Shown here one piece after another: positions 1 through 9,413 of a DNA stretch of 64,000 bases. The notes under the pieces were generated by a model, which ran no database searches, was not told where the DNA came from, and worked only from the letters and a program-made list of their open reading frames with translations. Made by a program: the position numbers and the translations under genes. Where the stretch lies: the NCBI GenBank assembly GCA_963796105.1, contig CAWCKJ010000006.1, positions 260,109 through 324,108 on the forward strand. Reading direction: 5' to 3'. The number at the start of each line of letters is the position of its first letter. Within the stretch, counting starts at the first letter, position 1. The DNA comes from a candidate division FCPU426 bacterium (GTDB lineage: Bacteria; Oederibacteriota; Muellerivitia; Muellerivitales; Muellerivitaceae).

Positions 1-1475
1 CGAGGTTTCAATCCCAACATCTTTTTCAACTGGGCGCGCCATTGGTCCAGTATAGGTTTGCGGTGTGAAAGGATAAGTGTAGGCAAGTTGCGTTTGGCAA
101 CGGCATAACAGCCCATCACCGTTTTTCCGGCGCCCGGGGGGGCCACTAAAACACCCGTTTCATGGCGTAAAACTTCCTGGATGGCTTTTTTCTGCGTATC
201 GGTCAGCTCGCCTTGAAATTTAAATGTTAATGGTTTTAAAACTGGGCGGGTATCGGTCAACTCTATGGAGCTTCCGGATTCTTCCAGAATTTTTCTTATA
301 TCTTCCAGGGTTCCACGTGGGAAATGGAGATAAGCTGCGTCTTCCTCATAGCATCGGATAAAACGTGGAATGCCATAGGTGGAGAATCGCATATTTTGGC
401 GTTCATAAAAAACGGGATTATGAAGTGACGCCAGGTGTTTGAGTTGGGACAACAGCCAGGGCGGTATTCCTGATTTTTCGATAGCGACGGAAGCATCCAA
501 GACACAACGGATTAAGGATGAGGCTGGATATTTTTTCTTGAGAACTGGTGATACGGTCTTTGTCGTTATTTGGGGGCCTACTTCAATAATCGGAATTCTT
601 TCTAACAAAACGGATAATTGAACCGGGCTCAAGCGCCGGATGGAACTTAAGAATGTCCACTGGTCTGGATAGGGTTTCAAATCCGAATCTTCCAAATTCA
701 GGAACTCCGTGCACCCCATTTTCCGGCATTGTTTTTGTAATGGAAGAGCGATCAAATTTCCGAACCCGCCCCTAGGCATAAAATCTTGGTTCGGGAAGAA
801 ACGGTCGTAGCTGGCCAAGTCCACTTCGGCTCTTTTTTCCATAGTGTCCCGTAAAAGACGAAGACCTAGTTGTCGGGCGGAAACAGCCTGGACGGGGGCC
901 GAAAAGAAAACCCAAGCGTGGCCGCCGTTCCCGGATCTGGATTTTTCCAGGTAAACCGGAATGCCGTAAGAAGCGCAAGATTGAAGGTAAGCCAATGCAT
1001 CCAATTCCCAACCGGTTTTGTCGAAGTCACAGGCAAGGAACCAACAGGTATTGTCCTTGAGAAGCGGATAAACACCGATGGTTTTCTTCCCCGAAAGGTG
1101 CTCTTGGATAACTTGATCGGTCAGGGGGTGGTACTTTTTGGGCTTACCTTTTCCCACCCAAGGATTTTCGCAGGCCGGGGAATAACCCTTCTTACCAGTT
1201 GTTTGGTTCATCCACAGTGCCGGATACACATCCTCTCGACCCTTAAAGAGGATGCGAAAGAGGCTTATTTTTTCCTGACTAGAAGAGTGGGAGTTCACCT
1301 TTGGTAATGGCTCGGATGGTAAAGGAGTGGGCAGAGGCTCTTCAACGACATAATCGCTAGGAGATTCTTGGACACCAATGACCATTTCATGTGGCAGGCC
1401 CAACCGCTTTTTAAGCTCGACGTTTTCCAGACGTAGTTTTTTTATTTCCTCGAGGGCTTTTTCCAATTCGGACAT
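1..1475 (-). CDS. AEP-type primase (TOTE-conflict-like) domain fused to SF2 DEAD/DEAH-box helicase; 3' end runs off the window
   Basis: Manual translation from ATG 1475: LFKGREDVYP, IGVYPLLKDNTCWFLACDFD, LEKSRSGNGGHAWVFF, YDRFFPNQDFMPRGGFGNLIALPLQ, then Walker A GVLVAPPGAGKT. Absent from the ORF track because there is no stop in the window. Confidence 0.85.
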   Translation of the reverse strand, partial: MSELEKALEEIKKLRLENVELKKRLGLPHEMVIGVQESPSDYVVEEPLPTPLPSEPLPKVNSHSSSQEKISLFRILFKGREDVYPALWMNQTTGKKGYSPACENPWVGKGKPKKYHPLTDQVIQEHLSGKKTIGVYPLLKDNTCWFLACDFDKTGWELDALAYLQSCASYGIPVYLEKSRSGNGGHAWVFFSAPVQAVSARQLGLRLLRDTMEKRAEVDLASYDRFFPNQDFMPRGGFGNLIALPLQKQCRKMGCTEFLNLEDSDLKPYPDQWTFLSSIRRLSPVQLSVLLERIPIIEVGPQITTKTVSPVLKKKYPASSLIRCVLDASVAIEKSGIPPWLLSQLKHLASLHNPVFYERQNMRFSTYGIPRFIRCYEEDAAYLHFPRGTLEDIRKILEESGSSIELTDTRPVLKPLTFKFQGELTDTQKKAIQEVLRHETGVLVAPPGAGKTVMGCYAVAKRNLPTLILSHRKPILDQWRAQLKKMLGLKP

Positions 1476-1509
1476 GGGAACATCCTTCACCGTAAAACCA
1501 GAAATGAAA

Positions 1510-2730
1510 TTACGCGAAATAACGGAGAGGCTCGGCAGCTCCCGCCACGAGTACTTCTCCGTTTTCTAGTTTGTGATTGTTCCAGACGGGGCGGTTAACG
1601 AGTTGCAGGCCCCTTTTACATGGTAAGTTTGACAAAAAGCGAGGCCAGTTTTTAGAGGGCTCTATATCTGAACTTTTAACCTCCACCGGCAACCAAGGTA
1701 TGCCGTCCCGAACAACAAGGAAATCGATCTCTCGTTTCTCCTTATCGCGGAGATAAAAAAGATCAAAAACGCCCTCACCAGTATCTGTCCAATAGTTGCA
1801 GGTTTTTAAAAGATGACAGGCCACCAGATTTTCGAATCTCGCGGATTCATCCTGTATGGAAGAATAATCCCACAAGTAAATCTTTCCTTCCTTACGCAGT
1901 GAGCGGGGGATACTTCGGGTAAAGGGCTTTACCTCGAAGAGGTAATAAAGTTCCTTGAGATAGGACGTCCACCTATTCACCGTTGGGATGCTGGCTTCCA
2001 GGTCGCGGCTCAGGGAAGCCGTACTGAAAAGGGAACCGACCCTTTCCGGGAGCATTGCCGTCATCATTTCAATACGACCCAATTCCGGAAGATGGGAAAG
2101 ATCACGCAAGTCCTCTCTTATCACCAATTGTTCCCGGTTATTGTGCCAAATACGCGCCTTGTGCAAGTCTTGGGTAAATAACGGTTCTGGAAACGGGCCA
2201 TAAGTCATCAAGGAAAACAAACGATTTTCAACGGCCTTGTTCGGACCATCTGTCCTCCCGAAGAGGGAAGACAAAGTCTTCTCCGGAGAAAGAATAACCG
2301 GTGTTTCCATTTCCCGAACCGAAAATGGATGAAGTCGGAAATTCAAGTGGCGCCCCAATAAACTGTCACTGCCTTTTCTGTACACATTAAGCCTAGCGCT
2401 TCCTGTTACAAGAAAATCGCAAGGGGTTTCAAGGGTGTCATAAATGCCTTTGAGGTTCCGTTTCCAGCGTCGGTCCTTGTGAATTTCGTCTAGGACAACT
2501 AAGGGTATTTTCTTTCCTTTAGCTTTTGGAATGAGAGAGGAGGGATTGTTCGCCCAAATACGGCGAAAGGCAATATCATCCCAATTCTTGTAGAGACCTA
2601 TAGCTCTTTTTTGAAGAAACATCTTGGCGACTGTTGTTTTGCCGCACTGACGTGGCCCCGATAAGAAAGCGATTTTGTGCCCGGAGAACGCAAATTTCTC
2701 GATAGCTTGTGTAATGGATCTGTTTTTCAT
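1510..2730 (-). CDS. AAA_14 ATPase with C-terminal DUF4143 domain
   Basis: GPRQCGKTT Walker A, LVVLDEIH Walker B, TGSA, GKIYLWD, FENLVA, YLRDKEKREIDF. Probable ATG at 2730 (ORF open to 2790). Confidence 0.85.
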   Translation of the reverse strand: MKNRSITQAIEKFAFSGHKIAFLSGPRQCGKTTVAKMFLQKRAIGLYKNWDDIAFRRIWANNPSSLIPKAKGKKIPLVVLDEIHKDRRWKRNLKGIYDTLETPCDFLVTGSARLNVYRKGSDSLLGRHLNFRLHPFSVREMETPVILSPEKTLSSLFGRTDGPNKAVENRLFSLMTYGPFPEPLFTQDLHKARIWHNNREQLVIREDLRDLSHLPELGRIEMMTAMLPERVGSLFSTASLSRDLEASIPTVNRWTSYLKELYYLFEVKPFTRSIPRSLRKEGKIYLWDYSSIQDESARFENLVACHLLKTCNYWTDTGEGVFDLFYLRDKEKREIDFLVVRDGIPWLPVEVKSSDIEPSKNWPRFLSNLPCKRGLQLVNRPVWNNHKLENGEVLVAGAAEPLRYFA

Positions 2731-2891
2731 TCCGACCATTGTAACGGGGGTCGTTAGTTTGGTCAAATCCTGATGATCGCAGGGAATCAAATATGTTTTT
2801 CAAGCCACTCATAAAAGTCGAAAAAGCTTGAAATGCAAGGATCGCGAGCCAGTCTCGGAAGATTCCAACCATCAACCTAGCCGCAGGCCGT

Positions 2892-3296
2892 CTAAATATC
2901 TCCACGATAATTTAAAGAATGACTTTGTTTGAGCTCTTCTTTTAGGTAGTCCATAATAAAACCATCTATTCGTTTCCAAATGTAGGAAACAAACCGCACT
3001 CTTTTCTTTATGCCTTGCTTATTCCGGTAGTTTAAGTTGTAGGTCTTAATCTTTTCGTAAAGGATAATGACACCTAATGAAACTATATCTTCCTTGTGCT
3101 TATAAAGCAGAGCAGGGATGACTTTCTGGTGTAGCCTATATAGGAGAAATCCGACGTGGCGCAGAACCATTTCCTGTCTGCTTTTTACACAACCCTTTTG
3201 TGCCAGGGAAATAAGGTGTCTTTCTTGTCTGAGGGAGATATTCTTGTTTCTATAAGCACGGATGCTTTCCCTATAAACTTGTAACATGGAGGTCAA
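2892..3296 (-). CDS. Small sigma70 region-2-like protein
   Basis: ERHLISLAQKG..SRQEMVLRH..EDIVSLG..RFVSYIWKRI resembles sigma regions 1.2/2; no region 4. Confidence 0.5.
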   Translation of the reverse strand: MTSMLQVYRESIRAYRNKNISLRQERHLISLAQKGCVKSRQEMVLRHVGFLLYRLHQKVIPALLYKHKEDIVSLGVIILYEKIKTYNLNYRNKQGIKKRVRFVSYIWKRIDGFIMDYLKEELKQSHSLNYRGDI

Positions 3297-3395
3297 AAAA
3301 AGTTGGAATTAATATGTCTTCAGGAACTTTAATCATATTTTCTCTTTAAAATAATGGATGTTGCCAAATCATCCATGGAAAGATTGGTGTAGCCG

Positions 3396-3878
3396 ATGCC
3401 GACTTTCACTCCAGGTAAAGGTTCGTATATTAGCCTCAGGGAGATTCCATTTTTGCCATTCTGCAGGGTCGTATTAAAAGCGAAAAAGCCACCAAATCCC
3501 GCTTATCCTAAAGAACTGAATACCTTGGGGGATCATATCAGGAAGCGCCGTCTTGATCTTGGTTTAAAACAGAAGGATGTTGCCTTGACCCTCGGAGTCG
3601 TCGAAGCAACAATCACTGGCTGGGAAAGGAACTGGTTTACTCCCAATATTTCCTGTCTGCCAAGAATTATCAATTACCTTGGTTATATTCCCCCGCCATA
3701 CAACAAGGTCAGCAATAATACAGTTGAAAAAATAAAGCTCTATCGACAAATTCACGGACTGAGTCAGGAAAAATTTGCCAAATTGTTGGGGATAGATGAA
3801 ACGACTGTCGCTAAATGGGAGCGGGGCGAACACGAACCATCGAAAAAACTGATTGTAAAATTCTCGAAGTTACCTTAA
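3396..3878 (+). CDS. XRE-family regulator with two HTH domains (start uncertain)
   Basis: LGDHIRKRRLDLGLKQKDVA..TITGWE and IKLYRQIHGLSQEKFAKLLGIDETTVAKWERG. Confidence 0.8.
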   Translation: MPTFTPGKGSYISLREIPFLPFCRVVLKAKKPPNPAYPKELNTLGDHIRKRRLDLGLKQKDVALTLGVVEATITGWERNWFTPNISCLPRIINYLGYIPPPYNKVSNNTVEKIKLYRQIHGLSQEKFAKLLGIDETTVAKWERGEHEPSKKLIVKFSKLP

Positions 3879-4238
3879 TCCGAAAAGGTTAATTTTGTAA
3901 AAATACGAATGTGCATATTAACTACTGAAGGAAATTTTGGAGTTTTGGGTTTGCTAATTGATGAGAATTGGAAAGCTATTCTGGAAAAGGCGGAAGAAAA
4001 ATAGAAGGGACTTTAATCTTGGGCATAGCTGGTTCCGACTTTCACTCTTAGTTAAGGGTCGCTTAACGGCAGAAGCGAGGGGCATTTCGGTTTCGTGGGT
4101 ACATAGGGGGTTTTCCCTATGAGCGCCTTTGGAATAAGGGGAAGTTAGTCTTTTCTCGCCTATTTGCCAAACCTAGTACCTGAATTTGAAGAGTGGATAT
4201 CTTGAAATTAATCCCTATTCGCCCCAATATCATCCGAA

Positions 4239-5039
4239 ATGACAAAGGAAAATCAAACAACGGACAAGATGGACGCTAAATCTTGGGATGGTCTTTCCCG
4301 CATGGCTTTCGCGGCCAATTGGGACCCTGAAAAGGCAATCGACTGGAACAGGCCCATTGAGTTGGGCGGGATCAAGGAAGGCTGGGTCAATATCCTCCAG
4401 TATTTTTACGAGGGGGAATGGCAGGGCCTGGAAATCATACAGCGCCTGATGAATAAGGCATCGCATATATTCCGGAAGCCGGACATGGTGACTTATTACT
4501 CCACCCAATGCTATGACGAATCCAAACACCTGTTCGTTTTCAAGAAATACCTTGAGAAACTGAACTCGCCTCCCTCCAAGCAAAAAGCCTTCGATTTGCT
4601 GGTATTCCTTTCCACCCGGGGTCCTATCCCGGTGGAACGCTGGATCCTTGCGACCTTTTTCACCGAGACTTTGGCCGCGGCGATTTTCCAGCGGTCTTTG
4701 GAGTTGGAGACTGTAGATGATACGGGAAAAGACATGATCCGTATGATGCTCAAGGATGAATCCAGGCATATTGCTGGTACCAAGCTGGGGGTTCAGACCC
4801 TGATGTATCATTCGGGGCCTATCAAGACGGCGGTCTTGAGGTTTTGGTGGGGACTATTCGTGAAACTGGCGGTGGGGGAAGTCAGGAGGTTGAAGCCCTT
4901 CGGAGACCAGGTGGGAATGGATCCTGAAGCCATCCTGCAGAAAACATTCTCCAGGATGTCGGAGCTGGAGGATTTCTCCCGGAAATTTTTAAGCAGGGGT
5001 CTTTCCAGGAGCTTTTGCGCCTCGAAAACAACGGTTTAA
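4239..5039 (+). CDS. Ferritin-like diiron protein (AurF-like)
   Basis: Diiron pattern EGE..DESKH..TE..DESRH. Confidence 0.75.
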   Translation: MTKENQTTDKMDAKSWDGLSRMAFAANWDPEKAIDWNRPIELGGIKEGWVNILQYFYEGEWQGLEIIQRLMNKASHIFRKPDMVTYYSTQCYDESKHLFVFKKYLEKLNSPPSKQKAFDLLVFLSTRGPIPVERWILATFFTETLAAAIFQRSLELETVDDTGKDMIRMMLKDESRHIAGTKLGVQTLMYHSGPIKTAVLRFWWGLFVKLAVGEVRRLKPFGDQVGMDPEAILQKTFSRMSELEDFSRKFLSRGLSRSFCASKTTV

Positions 5040-5269
5040 GGTCAAAGCGCTTAACTTACCAGCCCAAGCGGGTTACAATCGTTTTTAAGTTTAAACGAAA
5101 CTCATCTTCACCACAGTGGTGCTTTGCACCACACAGAGACACAGTTTAAATCCTGTAAAATTTTGAGGTTTTATCTTACTGTGCCTTTGTGTGCCTCCAA
5201 AGGAGGCCTGTGGTGAAAGCCTTTTCGTTTGATGTTATTAGTTTATAACTCTTGTGGAGGAAATTTATC

Positions 5270-6922
5270 TTGGGATCACTTTCATTCATTCCCCTTGGAG
5301 GCCTCGGGGAAATCGGCAAGAATATGGCCCTTTTGGAGTATGACGGGCAGGCGGTCATGATTGACGCGGGAATCATGTTCCCGGACGACCGGCACCCCGG
5401 CGTGGATTACATCATACCCGATTTCAACTTTTTGGCGGAAACACCAGGCAGGCTTCAGGCGGTCTTGCTTACCCACGGACATGAGGACCATATCGGCGCG
5501 GTTCCTTATCTGCTCCAGAAACTTAACGTGCCCATTTACGGGACGAAACTCACCCTGGGTTTTGTGAAGGCCAAGCTGGAGGAATTCAACCTGCCGGAGG
5601 AGCCCAAATTCGTTGAAGTGGACCCCAAACAGCCCTTTGATGTGGGGCCTTTCCATATCGAGTACATCCGGGTGACCCACAGCATCGTGGATGGCTGTGG
5701 TATCGCCTTTACGACCCCGGCGGGGGTCGTGATCCACACAGGGGACTTCAAGATCGATCCCACCCCCATCGATGGCGTACCCATCGACTTGAATCGCTTT
5801 GCCCACTACGGCTCAAACGGGGTTCTGCTCCTTCTTTCCGATTCCACCAACGTGGAACGGGAAGGTTATACCCTCTCGGAAAAAGTGGTGGGGGAGGAAT
5901 TCGACAAAATATTTCCCAAGGCCAAACACCGCATTATCGTGGCTTGTTTCGCCAGCAACATCCACAGGGTTCAGCAGGTCATCGAGTCCGCCCGCAAGGT
6001 GGGCCGAAAGGTCTGCATCATGGGACGGAGCATGGTGAGAAACACCCAAGTGGCGAGGGATTTGGGGTTCATGAACGTCCCTGCCAATATCATTGTGGCA
6101 CCTGAAAGCTTGAAAGGCATGGACCCTGAGAAGGTTGTCATCGTGACCACCGGAAGCCAGGGCGAACCCATGAGCAGTGTGACGAGAATGGCCATGGGAG
6201 ACCACAAGCAGGTTTCCATCCATCCGGATGACCTGGTTATTCTTTCCGCCCGCACTATTCCGGGAAATGAGCGCGCCATTTCCAACATCATTAACCTGCT
6301 TTACCGCAGGGGCGCCGAGGTTCTTTACGAGGCAGTCTCTGAAATACACGTATCTGGGCACGCCTGCCGGGAAGAACAGAAGATCATGCTATCCCTGGTA
6401 AAACCCAAGTATTTCGCTCCGGTTCATGGGGAGTACCGCCATCTGGTCATGCACGCCAGGATGGCCGAGGAAATGGGCATGCACCCGGAAAACACCTTGG
6501 TGCTGGAAAATGGGGAGAAACTGCTCATCGAGAATGGGGAAGCCAGGATCGAGAAGGATCAGCCGGGTGGAAGCATCCTCGTGGACGGCAAGCATATCGC
6601 CGATGTGGGCGAGGTGGTCTTGCGGGATAGGCTTCACTTGTCCCAGGATGGGGTGGTTGTGGCATTAGTGACCGTGGACGCGTCCAAGGGGATGGTAGTG
6701 GGTGGACCCGACCTGGTGACCAGGGGCTTTACTGAAAGCCTGTCGGATGACTTGATGGTGGAGGCCCGGGAACGCATAAAGAAGGTCTTGGAAAGTGAAT
6801 TGAAGGACAAAATGACCGATTGGGCAAGCGTGAAGGAAGTCATGCGCAAATCCCTCCAAAAGTTCTTTTCACAGAAATCCGACCGCAGGCCCATGATTTT
6901 GCCCGTCATCATGGAGATTTAG
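5270..6922 (+). CDS. rnj: Ribonuclease J
   Basis: PLGGLGEIGKNM, THGHEDHIG, HTGDFK, HVSGHA, HGEYRH. TTG start follows a GGAGG RBS. Confidence 0.95.
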   Translation: MGSLSFIPLGGLGEIGKNMALLEYDGQAVMIDAGIMFPDDRHPGVDYIIPDFNFLAETPGRLQAVLLTHGHEDHIGAVPYLLQKLNVPIYGTKLTLGFVKAKLEEFNLPEEPKFVEVDPKQPFDVGPFHIEYIRVTHSIVDGCGIAFTTPAGVVIHTGDFKIDPTPIDGVPIDLNRFAHYGSNGVLLLLSDSTNVEREGYTLSEKVVGEEFDKIFPKAKHRIIVACFASNIHRVQQVIESARKVGRKVCIMGRSMVRNTQVARDLGFMNVPANIIVAPESLKGMDPEKVVIVTTGSQGEPMSSVTRMAMGDHKQVSIHPDDLVILSARTIPGNERAISNIINLLYRRGAEVLYEAVSEIHVSGHACREEQKIMLSLVKPKYFAPVHGEYRHLVMHARMAEEMGMHPENTLVLENGEKLLIENGEARIEKDQPGGSILVDGKHIADVGEVVLRDRLHLSQDGVVVALVTVDASKGMVVGGPDLVTRGFTESLSDDLMVEARERIKKVLESELKDKMTDWASVKEVMRKSLQKFFSQKSDRRPMILPVIMEI

Positions 6923-7026
6923 CCCCCGGCAATAATTACGATAAAATCCATCCAGTTCGGATGGTAATAGGTTTTATTTTTGGTCATTGCCATCCAAATT
7001 AAATAAAAGCCTAAATAAACCAGATT

Positions 7027-7233
7027 TTTAGCTGGGATGCAGGGGATGAATGCAGATAAACGCCTCAAAAAGGTCTCGGGTCATGACAAGTGCTTTGCAC
7101 TTGCGCCCGATGGGCGTCATGGTCAAGCCTACGGACCGTGGAAAAATTAATTTTTCCATCGGCGTCAGCTGGACCATAGAACATGATCAAAATGCGCTTT
7201 AAATCCCATGTATCCCATGCATCCGTGGCTAAA
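7027..7233. repeat. MITE/REP-like element with imperfect terminal inverted repeats and nested hairpins
   Basis: tttagctgggatgcaggggatg at the left is inverted to atcccatgcatccgtggctaaa at the right. Internal palindromes caagtgc-gcacttg and ggaaaaatt-aatttttcc. Confidence 0.55.
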
Positions 7234-7441
7234 GTCTATTTGGGACAGGTGTGATTTGTGGTAAATTCTTTGCCTTAAATACCGATTGTTAATGGCATTT
7301 TCCCGCTTAAGAGAATTTCCGAAAGTAACTGGCAAATAATAAAATGATGAAGGGCTATTGCTTCTTGTGGGGTAATAGGTCAATTCTAAGCACAACGTTA
7401 AGTTGTGCCGGAATGAGTAACCCTATATTCAGGACCAATTC

Positions 7442-8710
7442 ATGAACCTGCGAATGCCTGCCGCTTTCAATTTAAGCGATGTTATCGAAGGCGAATTCGT
7501 AGAGCCTCATTTCCAACCCATCGTTTCCATCGGTAAAAAATCCATCCTCGGTTACGAGGGTTTGACCCGTGGAATCCATCCCATTCACCTACAGAGTATT
7601 TATCCCTGCGATTTGTTCACGGAAGCCAAGATCCAGGGGCTCACCTTCTCCCTTGACCAGCTTTGCCGCCAAAAGGTATTGGAACAGTTCAAGGTGATAT
7701 TGGAAAAACAGCCGGATTGTTTCCTGTCCTTGAATTTCGAGGCGTCGGTCATTGACCAGAAGAAAACCGAACCCGTGAACCTGATCCAGCAAGTCCTTTC
7801 CCTGGGCCTGAAACCCGAATGTATCGCCATGGAAGTCATCGAGTCCCAAGTGGAGGATCTGGCGAAACTCCAGGATTTCATCCAGACTTATCGAGGATAC
7901 GGTTTCCTGATCGCCTTGGATGACGTCGGGGCAGGGCACTCCAACCTCAATCGGATACCCCTTTTAAAACCCGATATCCTCAAGATTGACCGTTTCCTGG
8001 TGGATGGTATTTCAAAGGATTTTTACAAACTGGAGGTATTTAAATCCCTGGTGGGTTTGGCCCGCCAGATCGGGGCCTTGATCGTGGCGGAGGGGATTGA
8101 AGAGGAGGAGGACGCTTTAACGATAATGGAATTGGGTGTGGACATGCTTCAAGGCTATTACATCACCCCGCCCCAGAGATTTAATGAGTTGAATAGCCAA
8201 GTCTCGGAAGAACCCATCCAACACCTATCCCAAAGATTCAGGGAAATGGTCCTGGAAAAACTCGACATTAAGCGTTTTAACCTCCGTAAATACGAACTCA
8301 TGACCAGGGATATCCAAATAGAAATTGTCAAAGTCCAGGTAGGTGATTTTGATAGGAAACTTTCCGAGATCATCCATTATTTTCCCTTGGTGGAATGTGT
8401 TTATGTCTTGGATGAGCAAGGCGCGCAGGTCACGGAAACAATCTTCGGTGAAAACGAGGGCATCTCCAGGAACCGAACTATGTTCAGGCCCCGGAAGGCT
8501 GGTTCGGACCATTCCCTGCGGGATTATTACTATATGCTGGTGGAAGGTGGTTTGAAGAAAACCACTTACGTCAGCGAGGCATACTTGTCCCAATCCACAG
8601 GAAACCTTTGCGTGACCTTCTCCCGGATATTCACCGATTTAAACGGCGCCAACCGCATCTTATGCGCCGATATCAATACCCAATACCTGAAGCAAATTCC
8701 TACTTTTTAA
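7442..8710 (+). CDS. EAL-domain c-di-GMP phosphodiesterase with C-terminal PAS/Cache-like (YkuI_C-like) domain
   Basis: FQPIV, YEGLTR, IALDDVGAGHSNL, LKIDR, VAEGIE, MLQGYY. Confidence 0.85.
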   Translation: MNLRMPAAFNLSDVIEGEFVEPHFQPIVSIGKKSILGYEGLTRGIHPIHLQSIYPCDLFTEAKIQGLTFSLDQLCRQKVLEQFKVILEKQPDCFLSLNFEASVIDQKKTEPVNLIQQVLSLGLKPECIAMEVIESQVEDLAKLQDFIQTYRGYGFLIALDDVGAGHSNLNRIPLLKPDILKIDRFLVDGISKDFYKLEVFKSLVGLARQIGALIVAEGIEEEEDALTIMELGVDMLQGYYITPPQRFNELNSQVSEEPIQHLSQRFREMVLEKLDIKRFNLRKYELMTRDIQIEIVKVQVGDFDRKLSEIIHYFPLVECVYVLDEQGAQVTETIFGENEGISRNRTMFRPRKAGSDHSLRDYYYMLVEGGLKKTTYVSEAYLSQSTGNLCVTFSRIFTDLNGANRILCADINTQYLKQIPTF

Positions 8711-8836
8711 CTGATTGCTGAGGACCCTTTGTTTTGCGGGCCTCTTTGAGACGCTTTAATTATGTTAAAATAGAGTGTCTTTAGGACGTGATGAATTTCC
8801 GCGATTTTTAAATCAATCGTTTAATGGCTAAAGAAA

Positions 8837-9019
8837 ATGAAAAAATCGGTTAAAAAATTAAAACTTGGCGAGGAATTACCCCGGGATAACGCCGCTTATT
8901 GGTTAAGCCGTTCAGCGGAGGAGCGCATCGCGGCGGTGGAAATATTGCGGAGGGAATATTATGGAAGTTCAGCCCGACTTCAAGGAATTGTTCGAATTAT
9001 TAAATCGGCTAAAAGCTGA
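8837..9019 (+). CDS. Small protein of the type paired with minimal nucleotidyltransferases
   Basis: YWLSRSAEERIAAVEILRR; overlaps the next gene. Confidence 0.55.
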   Translation: MKKSVKKLKLGEELPRDNAAYWLSRSAEERIAAVEILRREYYGSSARLQGIVRIIKSAKS

Positions 9020-9374
9020 ATATATAATTGTGGGGTCCTATGCTTTAGCTTTTCATGGCGCTCCCCGGAATACGGGGGATATTGATGTTTACGTAAAACC
9101 TCATCCGGATAATGCCGCTAAGATCCTGAAAGTCTTGAAGAATTTCGGTTTTGATTCCCTTCATCTAAGCGAAGGGGATTTCACTCAGCCGGGACAAGTC
9201 ATCCAATTGGGTAACCCGCCTGTCCGTGTTGATTTACTCACATCCATTACCGGCGTCACATGGGAACAAGCCAACCGAGGAAAAGCCGCTGGCAAGTATG
9301 ATATAAATCTGCCCCGGCAACCCTCGTATTCGGCTGGTAGCCTCATGCGGCTTGTATCGTACCGATCTCTCTAA
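8961..9374 (+). pseudogene. Nucleotidyltransferase-family protein, C-terminus apparently replaced
   Basis: VGSYALAFHGAPRNTGDIDV motif. Family resemblance stops near 9300 and the usual C-terminal NK..GR.KD..D motif is absent. Confidence 0.55.
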
Positions 9375-9413
9375 GGTTTTATAGATGATCTGCAAATCCG
9401 TGGCTAAAAAGGT

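Noticed and set aside
7240..7441. c-di-GMP riboswitch upstream of the EAL gene
   Set aside because: No GEMM consensus (GGCAAA..GAAA..GACGCAAAG) is visible
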